This document shows positions 12,246-20,654 of a DNA stretch of 64,000 nucleotides, piece after piece. Each line of letters starts with the position of its first letter. Position 1 is the first letter of the stretch. Under the pieces are notes generated by a model. It made no database searches and was not told where the DNA came from. It saw nothing but the letters and a program-made list of their open reading frames with translations. The stretch spans positions 1-64,000 of the IMG/VR virus record IMGVR_UViG_3300046542_000227. One strand, written 5' to 3'. Both the position numbers and the translations under genes were made by a program.

Positions 12246-12630
12246 GGGTATTCTCCAATGTGGTGGTCTGTTTTTCATACCAGCCATTGAGTGCCTGAAT
12301 TTTGTCGTTGCAGAGTCCGACTTGTTCAGTTTGCTTAGACCACTCGTCTTGCATCATCAAGGCGATGGCTTCCCATTGGGACTTTGCCTTCGGAAACTTA
12401 ATGTACGCAGTTAAGATGTCATCAACGCTGGGTGGTTCACTTGGTTGGCAGGCCGTCAGCATTACCTTTGGTGGGACACGTATCACGGTTGTCGTATGCT
12501 CGACAATACGTGCGGCGCATCCCGTTAACGAGAGCAGCAATAGCGTCAGGATCAGGATTAGTATCCACGCCCACCACTTTGGCTGGCGCTGTTTTGGTTG
12601 GTTGGTGTCCGTTAACTGCAACGTCGACAT
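12211..12630 (-). CDS. o-spanin (Rz1-like outer membrane lipoprotein)
   Basis: Hydrophobic signal ending in lipobox LTGC; Pro/Cys-rich mature part; GGAGG RBS 9 nt upstream; overlaps i-spanin C-terminus in another frame. Confidence 0.75.
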   Translation of the reverse strand: MSTLQLTDTNQPKQRQPKWWAWILILILTLLLLSLTGCAARIVEHTTTVIRVPPKVMLTACQPSEPPSVDDILTAYIKFPKAKSQWEAIALMMQDEWSKQTEQVGLCNDKIQALNGWYEKQTTTLENTHDTAGGADLSR

Positions 12631-12979
12631 CTCCCTTAGCCTCCGGCTTGGTGTATGTAGTGGGTGGATCCTTACTATCGCGAGCTGCGAAGTATTCTTC
12701 GAGAGTCTTGGCGCGATACCCTAATGCTTCTTCTACTTTAAGCTCTCGCTCATAGGTGTATTCAAACACCGCTTGGTCCGTGATCACAGCTGCCTTATGC
12801 TCAGTGGCCACTGCCTCAGTGAGGGTTTGGTTCTGAGTAGTCAGGTTCTGTGTGGCTTCCTCCATACGTCCATAGTTCTTTACAAGTGCTATGAACGTCC
12901 CCACCGCGAACACCACGGCAAGAATACCCACCCATTCAAACCAGGGCAGCTTCCTTAAAAGTGTAAACATAAAATTCAC
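12437..12979 (-). CDS. i-spanin (Rz-like)
   Basis: N-terminal TM (WVGILAVVFAVGTFIALV), then coiled-coil and a C-terminal Cys pair; overlapped by a lipoprotein gene. Confidence 0.7.
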   Translation of the reverse strand: MNFMFTLLRKLPWFEWVGILAVVFAVGTFIALVKNYGRMEEATQNLTTQNQTLTEAVATEHKAAVITDQAVFEYTYERELKVEEALGYRAKTLEEYFAARDSKDPPTTYTKPEAKGDVDVAVNGHQPTKTAPAKVVGVDTNPDPDAIAALVNGMRRTYCRAYDNRDTCPTKGNADGLPTK

Positions 12980-12988
12980 GCCTCAGGG

Positions 12989-13600
12989 TTAAATAACCTT
13001 CCCGGTGTGCAGGTCGATCAGAATGGTCGGAGACCAACCCATCTGCAGTAACTGCATCAGGTGATAACCAATGGCCACAGCATCGACGCTGTGCTCATCC
13101 AGGCTGTCGATATCAACACCCCAAACAATGTCAGTTCGTTTCTTCAGAGCGCGGGTTACGTCCATTTTATCTTTGAACTTACCTACTACTCCAGCGGCTT
13201 TCTTGGCAGACATTGGGTCAACCATTAATAGCGGCATGGTAGGATCGTAGCGATACAACACATTCCGAATAACCGCCACGCATTCCACGAGGGTTGCATA
13301 CGCATCTGCGAAACGACCCTTGTAGTTAGATTCGCAAATCACCATGTGGGGACGGAACTCTTCGAGGATATCCCCGAGGCTGTCGTCTAAGTGATAGAGA
13401 CGGGCAATGCGATCAGTGCCCATCTCACGAATCTTGCAATAACGCTTATCACTATCGGGAAACTTCAAGGTGTAAGAATCCACCATGTGAAACGAAGTTG
13501 TCCCGATATCCCAATGCCAATGGGCAATACCCGTGTTGTAGCTGCCCGGGTCTATGGATAAGACCCGCAGTGGCTCGTTACTTTCGGGTAACGTGAACAT
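12989..13600 (-). CDS. ruvC: RuvC-like Holliday junction resolvase
   Basis: VLSIDPGSYNTG (D), VICES (E), EHSVDAVAIG (D) RNase H-fold catalytic motifs. Confidence 0.85.
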   Translation of the reverse strand: MFTLPESNEPLRVLSIDPGSYNTGIAHWHWDIGTTSFHMVDSYTLKFPDSDKRYCKIREMGTDRIARLYHLDDSLGDILEEFRPHMVICESNYKGRFADAYATLVECVAVIRNVLYRYDPTMPLLMVDPMSAKKAAGVVGKFKDKMDVTRALKKRTDIVWGVDIDSLDEHSVDAVAIGYHLMQLLQMGWSPTILIDLHTGKVI

Positions 13601-14490
13601 TAGCTCAACCAGGTAGTGCCGTTGAGACTGTTGGCGCCCAGCAGAGGCTCGGTGTTGCCCACGTCGAAGGCCAAGGTAGCGCCAGTGGAGCTGTAACCGA
13701 TAGCGTGGTGAGTCGAGATGATCACGTTCAGCTGGCAGGCAATGGCCTCGTTGAACATGAAGTTGCCAGCACCGCCCGAAGACGACTGTACGTTGCGGTC
13801 TACCGCCGAGCAGAAGCCCAGTTCGGAGATCACAGGGGAACGGCTGGAACCAGTACGAATACGGTGAGCGTTCACCATCTCAGCGATCACAGCTTCACTC
13901 AGACGCACGCTGATGATAGCCGAAGCCGAGATCGAAGTGTCGCTACCCAGGACTACACCACTGTTGCTGATCTGTGGTGGCTGTGGGTTCAGGTTGTCGG
14001 CAGTCGGGGTATAAGGAGTAACCACGATTTCGCCGTCAACCACTTGGATGGTTTGCAGCGAAGGGGTAACGGTGGAGTAGTCCAGACGCAGGCCGTAGTA
14101 GGCCACGTAGTTGATACCGTTGTGCGGCTCGATACGACGCAGGACATATTTTGCACGCTGGTCAGCGGGCAGGTCGTCATCGGTAGGACGCAGACTGATT
14201 GGGATCAGACCGTACAGGCCAGCATCTTCTGCATCGTGCGGAACCGGGATGATTTCATCGGAACCATCAGCAGCTACCGAAGTAGCGTGACCACGGTTAC
14301 CGAATACCAGGTACTTCATCTTCGGGAATTCAGCAGCCGAAGGGGCTACACCCGCCTGAATACCCAGACGTTCGTTGATGGTTGTGTTCGGGATCAGAGT
14401 GAAGGGTAGACCGAGCTTCAAGCAGGTCTGCAAGAACGCGCCATAAGCGGTTCGGCATACGTGAATAATCTGATTATCTACAGCAGACAT
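13600..14490 (-). CDS. Conserved phiKZ-like virion (baseplate/tail) protein, start MSAVDN at 14490
   Basis: Good ORF with GAGGAG RBS; stop overlaps ruvC start; structural call from context. Confidence 0.55.
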   Translation of the reverse strand: MSAVDNQIIHVCRTAYGAFLQTCLKLGLPFTLIPNTTINERLGIQAGVAPSAAEFPKMKYLVFGNRGHATSVAADGSDEIIPVPHDAEDAGLYGLIPISLRPTDDDLPADQRAKYVLRRIEPHNGINYVAYYGLRLDYSTVTPSLQTIQVVDGEIVVTPYTPTADNLNPQPPQISNSGVVLGSDTSISASAIISVRLSEAVIAEMVNAHRIRTGSSRSPVISELGFCSAVDRNVQSSSGGAGNFMFNEAIACQLNVIISTHHAIGYSSTGATLAFDVGNTEPLLGANSLNGTTWLS

Positions 14491-14547
14491 GTGTTGCTCC
14501 TCTTGAGGGAAAAGGCTAAATGGTTCTGTATGATTGTACAAACAAGT

Positions 14548-14582
14548 TATAAAAGCCTCCCCGATTGGGGAGGCTTATGTCG
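14548..14582 (-). terminator. Intrinsic terminator, CATA...TTTAT family
   Basis: Minus strand CGACATAA-GCCTCCCC-AATC-GGGGAGGC-TTTTATA after the stop of 14583..15083. Confidence 0.8.
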
Positions 14583-15083
14583 TCAAGTGAAATCGGACAA
14601 CTTGCCCTGAACCATCGTGTTCGCCCACAGAGCGTCCAGCTTAGATTTCTTCACTTCATGCAGACACGAGACACGGAATGCAATCCCGTCACCTGCGTTC
14701 AGGATGTGCTTCTCATCATTGATGGTGATGTTCTGCCCGTCCTTAAGTGCGTATGCCACGATGATCGCAGCACGATCACCCGCATCGACCCAGGTGTTCA
14801 TCAAATCCAAGAACCCGTCATTCTTCGGGAACTCCAGGAAATAACCCACCAAGGCTTTGGTCACCGACGGACGATTGGCGAAAGCATCTTTGAAACGCTT
14901 ACGCTGATCAGCTGTCCACTTGAACCAGCGAGTGTCCTTATAGACGCTCAGGTTCTCAGCGACGTTGGCGCCCACACGCCGACGCATCGACGTAGCAAAG
15001 CGCGGATTGAATTCCGTGTACAGAGCACGCAGGGCTTCAACAGCCTCGGGCTCCAACTTCGGAAGGTGAGCAAATTCGGTCAT
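14583..15083 (-). CDS. Degenerate 2OG-Fe(II) oxygenase/cupin-fold protein
   Basis: YFLEFP..DGFLD (no HxD His), IIVAYAL, AGDGIAF, LHEV; same layout as the neighbouring oxygenase. Confidence 0.5.
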   Translation of the reverse strand: MTEFAHLPKLEPEAVEALRALYTEFNPRFATSMRRRVGANVAENLSVYKDTRWFKWTADQRKRFKDAFANRPSVTKALVGYFLEFPKNDGFLDLMNTWVDAGDRAAIIVAYALKDGQNITINDEKHILNAGDGIAFRVSCLHEVKKSKLDALWANTMVQGKLSDFT

Positions 15084-15093
15084 ACGGACTCCG

Positions 15094-15576
15094 TTAATCG
15101 TAAAGGAAGATGGCCACGTAACGCAGCGACTTTACCTGTGGGACTTCATGTGGTGAACTCACGTTGGTAAAGCACACCCCTTCTCCCAACACATCTGGAT
15201 AGAACTCACCATCCACAGTCACCCCGTCACCATCAGCACACAGCGGGATCACCAGATTCTTCCGGTAGCGCTGTACGTCGATATGCTCAGGCATGTAATC
15301 GCCCGGCTTGTATCGGTTGATGATGGCTTCGATAACAGAGAGGCCAGGATACTCGGGTGCCAAGGAGCGCAACAATGCGTTGAACTCCTTAGGTTGCTGG
15401 CGGTCACCGAGGAAGTCATAACTGGCCGCTGTCCCTTGGGTCGTAGGCCTGCTATTGATCTTCACTCGATGGAACCAACGGGCTTCATGCATTTCAGCTA
15501 ACTGTTGTCGCAGGTCGTCACAGACGTCCTTAGAAAACTGTGCCACCTGTAATTTGTTTAGCGCCGTAGGCTTCAT
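15094..15576 (-). CDS. 2OG-Fe(II) dioxygenase (prolyl/lysyl-hydroxylase-like fold)
   Basis: INRYKPGDYMPEHID (HxD), LVIPL, PHEVP (distal His), RY (2OG-binding Arg); start uncertain (15576 or 15492). Confidence 0.8.
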   Translation of the reverse strand: MKPTALNKLQVAQFSKDVCDDLRQQLAEMHEARWFHRVKINSRPTTQGTAASYDFLGDRQQPKEFNALLRSLAPEYPGLSVIEAIINRYKPGDYMPEHIDVQRYRKNLVIPLCADGDGVTVDGEFYPDVLGEGVCFTNVSSPHEVPQVKSLRYVAIFLYD

Positions 15577-16156
15577 GCAAACCACCTTCCAGTTGAGCTT
15601 CTTGTGCGGCTGCTTCATCTGCCAACGAGTAGTAGATGTAGTCGCTAGAACCGGCGTAGTATTCTTTACGCAGGTTGTTGGCCGTTTTGACCTCGGTGAC
15701 GTAGTCGTTCATCTCATCGAGAACCTTCAACGCCGCCGCCAGATCAGCATCAGGTTTGTCGCCCAACAGCCCCTGCACCACACGACCGATCTGTTCGATC
15801 GCATTACCGATGTTGTTGACTTGGTTGATCACCGGGTATTGCTTAGTGATCTTCTGCTGAGCCGCCAGATCGAGTTGGCTTTCATACATCACCAGCTCAG
15901 CTTGTTCACGATTGACTACGGTGTAATCAGGGTAAGTACCCCGCACCTCGTCAGTGTGGAAGTCGAAGTTATCGTGCTCTTCATAAATGAAGAAGTCGTT
16001 GTTCAACGTGGCTGGATCTACCCAGCCGATCACCGCCGTGAAGGCACCGCTGATCTTGTTGAACTGCAACAGAACCTTGGTCCCACCGGTTGGCAACGAT
16101 GCGATAGCCGCAGAAACCGTTGTGGTACCAGATGTTGGGATTTGTTCTTCAGACAT
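15530..16156 (-). CDS. Tail-fibre-associated protein (chaperone-like)
   Basis: Directly downstream of the fibre genes; acidic and helical; function from context only. Confidence 0.5.
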   Translation of the reverse strand: MSEEQIPTSGTTTVSAAIASLPTGGTKVLLQFNKISGAFTAVIGWVDPATLNNDFFIYEEHDNFDFHTDEVRGTYPDYTVVNREQAELVMYESQLDLAAQQKITKQYPVINQVNNIGNAIEQIGRVVQGLLGDKPDADLAAALKVLDEMNDYVTEVKTANNLRKEYYAGSSDYIYYSLADEAAAQEAQLEGGLHEAYGAKQITGGTVF

Positions 16157-16171
16157 TGTGGATCTCCAGAA

Positions 16172-17518
16172 TTAAACCAGCCAAGCAGCCCAGCCGCCAG
16201 CGGTACGAATAAGGAATTTGACTTCAGGCAGTTGCCAGACAGTGTAAGCCGCCGCTTGCCGGTAACCCATAACCACAGCCTTACAACCCACTGGGTAGGC
16301 ATTGAGGTCAGTGAACCAGGTGTTCAGGTAGTTGATGGCCGCTTGCACGTTGTAGCCAGCCACAGCGGTACGTACATACACGATCGGACTACGGTTGACC
16401 TGAGCATTCATCTCGTTGACGAGAGTCATGTAGCTCTTCCACGTCCCGTTACCCATCAACACAGTACCGGTGTTGGCCACACCACTGCCGAGGGCAGCGT
16501 TAGGGAACAGACCCTGAGTCACCAAGTCAGCCGAAAGACCTGCGTTGCAGTAATTCTTCCAAGCCACCTTAGTGTAGCCAAAGATGTTCAGACTATTTTG
16601 TGCTGGCGTGTCTTTCTGCAGTCGACCCACGAGCGACGTGTTGATCTGAACCTTGGTGTAAGCGTTCACATCCTGAGCACGTACACCGTGTGGGTTGTTG
16701 AAGTTCGAGACGTGTGCGTTGAAGGCTGGCGTCAAGATACTACTGATCGCATTCTGGCCCGACTCAGGCGTCGAGTAGTACGTATCAAGGGTCTGGTTGA
16801 GCGATTCAGACAACAACACCATCCGCCAGTTCTGGATGTTGCTCAGACCGAGCTTCACCTTGTCGTCAGCGTGTGGGTTGTTATAGTCACTGAGGTGGTT
16901 AGTCAGCAGGGTCTTCTCTGCAGCGAGCAAATCCTTAGACTGCTGGAGATAACCGTCAGCGAAGTCTTTGAGTCCCTGCACCATCGCATCATCGTTCGAA
17001 CCCAGCAGATCACGAACCCGGTTCAGCACGGTGATGGTGTTATCCGCACCGTACAGCTGCCAGTATTCATCGTAGTGATCCTTAGGGTTAAACGCCGTAG
17101 GCTTGTTACGAATGTCTTCGTACGCCACCGTGAAGTCAGACGGGTCGAGTGCATCGAGCATGTCCGAGAGTTCATCGGTGTTCAATGCAAAGCTACCACC
17201 GACGGCTTGGTAGTTGAGCACGACAGTGTTAGACACTGCTTCGTTGGTGATCACGATGAAGGCGTAGATTGGCTTAGACGCCAACTTGGACATATCGCGA
17301 TATAGGTAGGTGGTGGTGTAATCCGTGCCCGGTACCAGACGACGGACGCCGTCGAAGATACGCAGGCTGGCATCATTAAAGAAGGCACCAAAGCGAGGAA
17401 TCAGAACACGGTTCTTTTGGCCAGTGACCTTAACCAGTGTTCGACTCTCGTTCTGGACCTTGTTCGATGCCTTGGTGCCCTTAAGGTCCAAGGGCAAAAG
17501 CGTGAGCATGGCCATCAT
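16172..17518 (-). CDS. Tail fibre / baseplate fibre, NPH-motif family
   Basis: Family N-domain plus H...NNPH motifs plus variable C-terminal tip. Confidence 0.75.
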   Translation of the reverse strand: MMAMLTLLPLDLKGTKASNKVQNESRTLVKVTGQKNRVLIPRFGAFFNDASLRIFDGVRRLVPGTDYTTTYLYRDMSKLASKPIYAFIVITNEAVSNTVVLNYQAVGGSFALNTDELSDMLDALDPSDFTVAYEDIRNKPTAFNPKDHYDEYWQLYGADNTITVLNRVRDLLGSNDDAMVQGLKDFADGYLQQSKDLLAAEKTLLTNHLSDYNNPHADDKVKLGLSNIQNWRMVLLSESLNQTLDTYYSTPESGQNAISSILTPAFNAHVSNFNNPHGVRAQDVNAYTKVQINTSLVGRLQKDTPAQNSLNIFGYTKVAWKNYCNAGLSADLVTQGLFPNAALGSGVANTGTVLMGNGTWKSYMTLVNEMNAQVNRSPIVYVRTAVAGYNVQAAINYLNTWFTDLNAYPVGCKAVVMGYRQAAAYTVWQLPEVKFLIRTAGGWAAWLV

Positions 17519-17525
17519 GGGCTCC

Positions 17526-18872
17526 TTAAAGAGGTTGCCAGTTTACGGTGTCGACTTTCACCCAGCATTGCAGACGCCAAGCCGAACGACCTTCCGCCGC
17601 GTTACCTGCGTCCCAGTGACCATCGTAGTAGATCATCACCAAGCACAATGCGCCTGGAGGCCAGATCTGCGTACTAGCCATGGTCGCCTGCAAGATCGCT
17701 GCAATGTTGGCACCGTTAGCACCCTGCAGATACGCAAGCTCTGTACCACGACGGGCGTAGGCGTTGATCACTGCAGCCAAGTCTACAACTTGGTTATCAC
17801 CGGTCAGCGCATGCACCGCACTCAACCCACCAGCCAAGGTCAGACGACGGGTGTCGATACGGCCACTGGTCAGGTTGTTGGCATTCAGGTTAGTCTTGGT
17901 GTAGTTCATCAACTGCGACCAATCAGAACTTTCCAGACGGTAAGTACTAACAGCCGTTGCACCCTTGTCCAGACGGTCAGCCAACCCACCTTCAATTTCT
18001 GGGATGGTGTAGGTGTCCGCTTGAGACGCAGTAACCCGGTGTGGGTTATCCGTACGAGCAACGTGTGTATTAAAGTCAGTGAGGAAGTTCACGTCGAGCA
18101 TTTGTTTGAAACGCTGTACGGTGAGGTAACGCTGCTTGGAGTTAAAGCCAAGCGTAGTTGCTTCAGCCGACGTCACGATCGAGTAGTTCTCAACCGTACC
18201 CAGACTGACCTGTGCTGCCGTTAGGCGGTGTGGGTTATCTGCCGCCAAGTGTTGCTGTAGCTGCAACATCAGGTTATCGAACTCAGCGTTCAGGATATCC
18301 ATCTGGTTGTCGTAACCCAACTGGATCTGCTGGTAAGTACGTGCCGAGATCGCCAGCTTAGCCACGGTGATACGGTTGATCGCTTCAACCATACCTTCAA
18401 AGCCGTAGAGCTCCCACATCGCGTGCAGGTGGCCGCCGACCTCGAACTCATCGGGCTTGCCTTCGATGTTGCGCCACGTCGGGGTACGGGTTGGGTTGAG
18501 CAACCCTGCCGACATAGAAGCAATCGCTGGAATCAAGTCGCAGTACTTACCACCGACCATGCTGGCGTTGACAAACACTTCGGCTGAGACCCGTGGATTC
18601 AGGATCACAATTACCGAGCAGGCTTCGTAGCCGGTTTCGGCTGTAGCTTCAGCGGACAAGCCCACCATCTGGAAGTCTTCATCCGGTACCAGGTCATACC
18701 CGGTCGAATCTTCGATCTCCAGTTGGTCAGTATAGAAATGCCCGTTGTCCAGCACCAGCGTACGGTAAGTCAGACCCGCTTGGTTACGCAGATCGTGATA
18801 CTCACGTTGTACCCGGTTGCGCGGCAGTCGACGTGTAGAGTCGAATGGCAACGCGAAAATGACAGGCGTCAT
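17526..18872 (-). CDS. Tail fibre / baseplate fibre, NPH-motif family
   Basis: Same architecture; HLAADNPHRLTAAQV and HVARTDNPHRVTASQ. Confidence 0.75.
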   Translation of the reverse strand: MTPVIFALPFDSTRRLPRNRVQREYHDLRNQAGLTYRTLVLDNGHFYTDQLEIEDSTGYDLVPDEDFQMVGLSAEATAETGYEACSVIVILNPRVSAEVFVNASMVGGKYCDLIPAIASMSAGLLNPTRTPTWRNIEGKPDEFEVGGHLHAMWELYGFEGMVEAINRITVAKLAISARTYQQIQLGYDNQMDILNAEFDNLMLQLQQHLAADNPHRLTAAQVSLGTVENYSIVTSAEATTLGFNSKQRYLTVQRFKQMLDVNFLTDFNTHVARTDNPHRVTASQADTYTIPEIEGGLADRLDKGATAVSTYRLESSDWSQLMNYTKTNLNANNLTSGRIDTRRLTLAGGLSAVHALTGDNQVVDLAAVINAYARRGTELAYLQGANGANIAAILQATMASTQIWPPGALCLVMIYYDGHWDAGNAAEGRSAWRLQCWVKVDTVNWQPL

Positions 18873-18884
18873 GGTTTATGCCCC

Positions 18885-20264
18885 TTAGCCAAGAACGAAC
18901 CAACCCGTTTGCGTACGGATACAAGCTCGGAATGAGTTTTGGTAAACCGGGTCAAAACCACCGTTACCATAAACGTGGGTGTCGGCGTTCTGCACCTCGA
19001 AGATCACGCACGTACCCCATGGGTACCAAGCTTCGTTGGCAAAGGTCGTCCGGATGTTCGCCAGGCCAGTGTTGACATCGCCCTGATAACCCGCCCAGTA
19101 GATCTCGTCACCACCGCCCGCGGTTAAGAAGATGAACAAGTCATGCCAGTTCAACCACGAACCCGATGCAATAAAGACGGTCTCAGCCGATGGCGTACCA
19201 ATCCCCAGCAGGTAAGGGTTGACCTGCCCACTGTTGAAGTTAGCCGCATTCAAGTTAGCCCGCATCTCGTAGTAAGCTGCGAGTTGACCGAAGTTAACGG
19301 TAGCCCCTGGGTTAGACGCCGGCTGTCCCATGATCCCCGCTGCAGCGACCGCTGTGCCGTCTACCGGCAGTTTGGTTTCAATACGGGTATCGAAGGTCGA
19401 CTTGATGTAGGTGTTCAGCTGTGCGGCTGTAGGGCCGTGCGTGGTGTAACGCGCATCCAAGTGTTGCTGCAACGGCGTAGTCGCAAACTGGTTCTGCATG
19501 TCAAACACACCACGAGTCGTCAGGTAGTGTATAGCACTGGTACCAGCTTTGGCGGTTGGAGTATCAGCCACCGGATAGTTCACCACCAAGTTCAAGCCGA
19601 TGTCGGCCTTGTCGAGGTTGTGTGGGTTGGCATGGTCGTTGACGTGTGCACCGATCTGTCCAGTAAAGCGTGCCATGAATGCATGGTAGCGATCACGGAT
19701 GTCTTTACGGGCTACGTCTTCTGCCACACCATCACCCGAGGTAGTAGCTGCAGTGAGGCGCTCTACTGCCGAGTTGAGGTTACCGTAGTGTGGACGTGAC
19801 CACAGTTCTTCCTGTAGCTCACCGGGTTGCCACTGCGACTCATCACCGATAAAGCCTGCCCATGCTGGCGGGGTATTAGCCGGTAGCGTTTGCAGGTAAG
19901 CGATGGTGTCGTCTTCTACGGTCAGAGAGAAGGCATAATCAGCACCCACCAACTGACCACCCAACAGAACATAGTCGGTGATCGTTGGCTTGAGGATAAC
20001 CACAGCCGAACAGATCTCAATGCCGACATAAGCACTGGCGTCCAGATGTTTGTAGGTGGCGATATAGTCGACGCGCTCGGTCAACAGTTTAAAATTCTTG
20101 TCGTACACTTTGAGGCTTGGGGTATAGAAACCCCCTTGCGAGAATGACACAACCCGGTACGGAGTATTGCCCCGTGCCAGTAGGAGGTGCTTCTCACCGG
20201 ACACCAAGTTGGTCGGGCTCCGGCCCGTAAGATCCAACGGGTACTTGGAGATTACCTTGGCCAT
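18885..20264 (-). CDS. Tail fibre / baseplate fibre, NPH-motif family
   Basis: YPLDLTG.SPTNLV.GE.H N-terminus; HVNDHANPHNLDKADIGL. Confidence 0.75.
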   Translation of the reverse strand: MAKVISKYPLDLTGRSPTNLVSGEKHLLLARGNTPYRVVSFSQGGFYTPSLKVYDKNFKLLTERVDYIATYKHLDASAYVGIEICSAVVILKPTITDYVLLGGQLVGADYAFSLTVEDDTIAYLQTLPANTPPAWAGFIGDESQWQPGELQEELWSRPHYGNLNSAVERLTAATTSGDGVAEDVARKDIRDRYHAFMARFTGQIGAHVNDHANPHNLDKADIGLNLVVNYPVADTPTAKAGTSAIHYLTTRGVFDMQNQFATTPLQQHLDARYTTHGPTAAQLNTYIKSTFDTRIETKLPVDGTAVAAAGIMGQPASNPGATVNFGQLAAYYEMRANLNAANFNSGQVNPYLLGIGTPSAETVFIASGSWLNWHDLFIFLTAGGGDEIYWAGYQGDVNTGLANIRTTFANEAWYPWGTCVIFEVQNADTHVYGNGGFDPVYQNSFRACIRTQTGWFVLG

Positions 20265-20274
20265 CTTTCACTCC

Positions 20275-20326
20275 AAAAAGAAATAAGCAGAGTAGACATG
20301 GTGACGAATCGACCATGTCTACTCTG
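20275..20326 (-). terminator. Terminator with a 15-bp perfect stem
   Basis: CAGAGTAGACATGGT-N9-ACCATGTCTACTCTG, followed on the minus strand by CTTATTTCTTTTT. Confidence 0.65.
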
Positions 20327-20333
20327 GCTAAGT

Positions 20334-20654
20334 TTAGCTATCGAGGTCAGCGATTGTGGCATCGAACAGAGCAATCAACGGATCATAAATATTTGCCGTT
20401 GCGTATTCGTCTGCACGTTTCGGTGACAGTACCGTGTTGTTGTTGACACCAGCAGCAGCCTGTTCAGGCGTAGCCGGTGCACGGTTCTGCACCTTGCTCA
20501 AACCCACATCGAACTTATCGACACGGTGTGGGTTAGCCACATCCAAGGTATGATTCTTGATCTGGGTGACCACGAACTCAAGCTTGGTCTTCAGCGCAGC
20601 CGCCCGCGCACTCAACGTCGCTACATACGTTGCGAACGCACTAGACATGCTCAT
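20334..20654 (-). CDS. Small NPH-motif fibre-associated protein
   Basis: HTLDVANPHRVDKFDVGLSKVQN motif. Confidence 0.65.
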   Translation of the reverse strand: MSMSSAFATYVATLSARAAALKTKLEFVVTQIKNHTLDVANPHRVDKFDVGLSKVQNRAPATPEQAAAGVNNNTVLSPKRADEYATANIYDPLIALFDATIADLDS

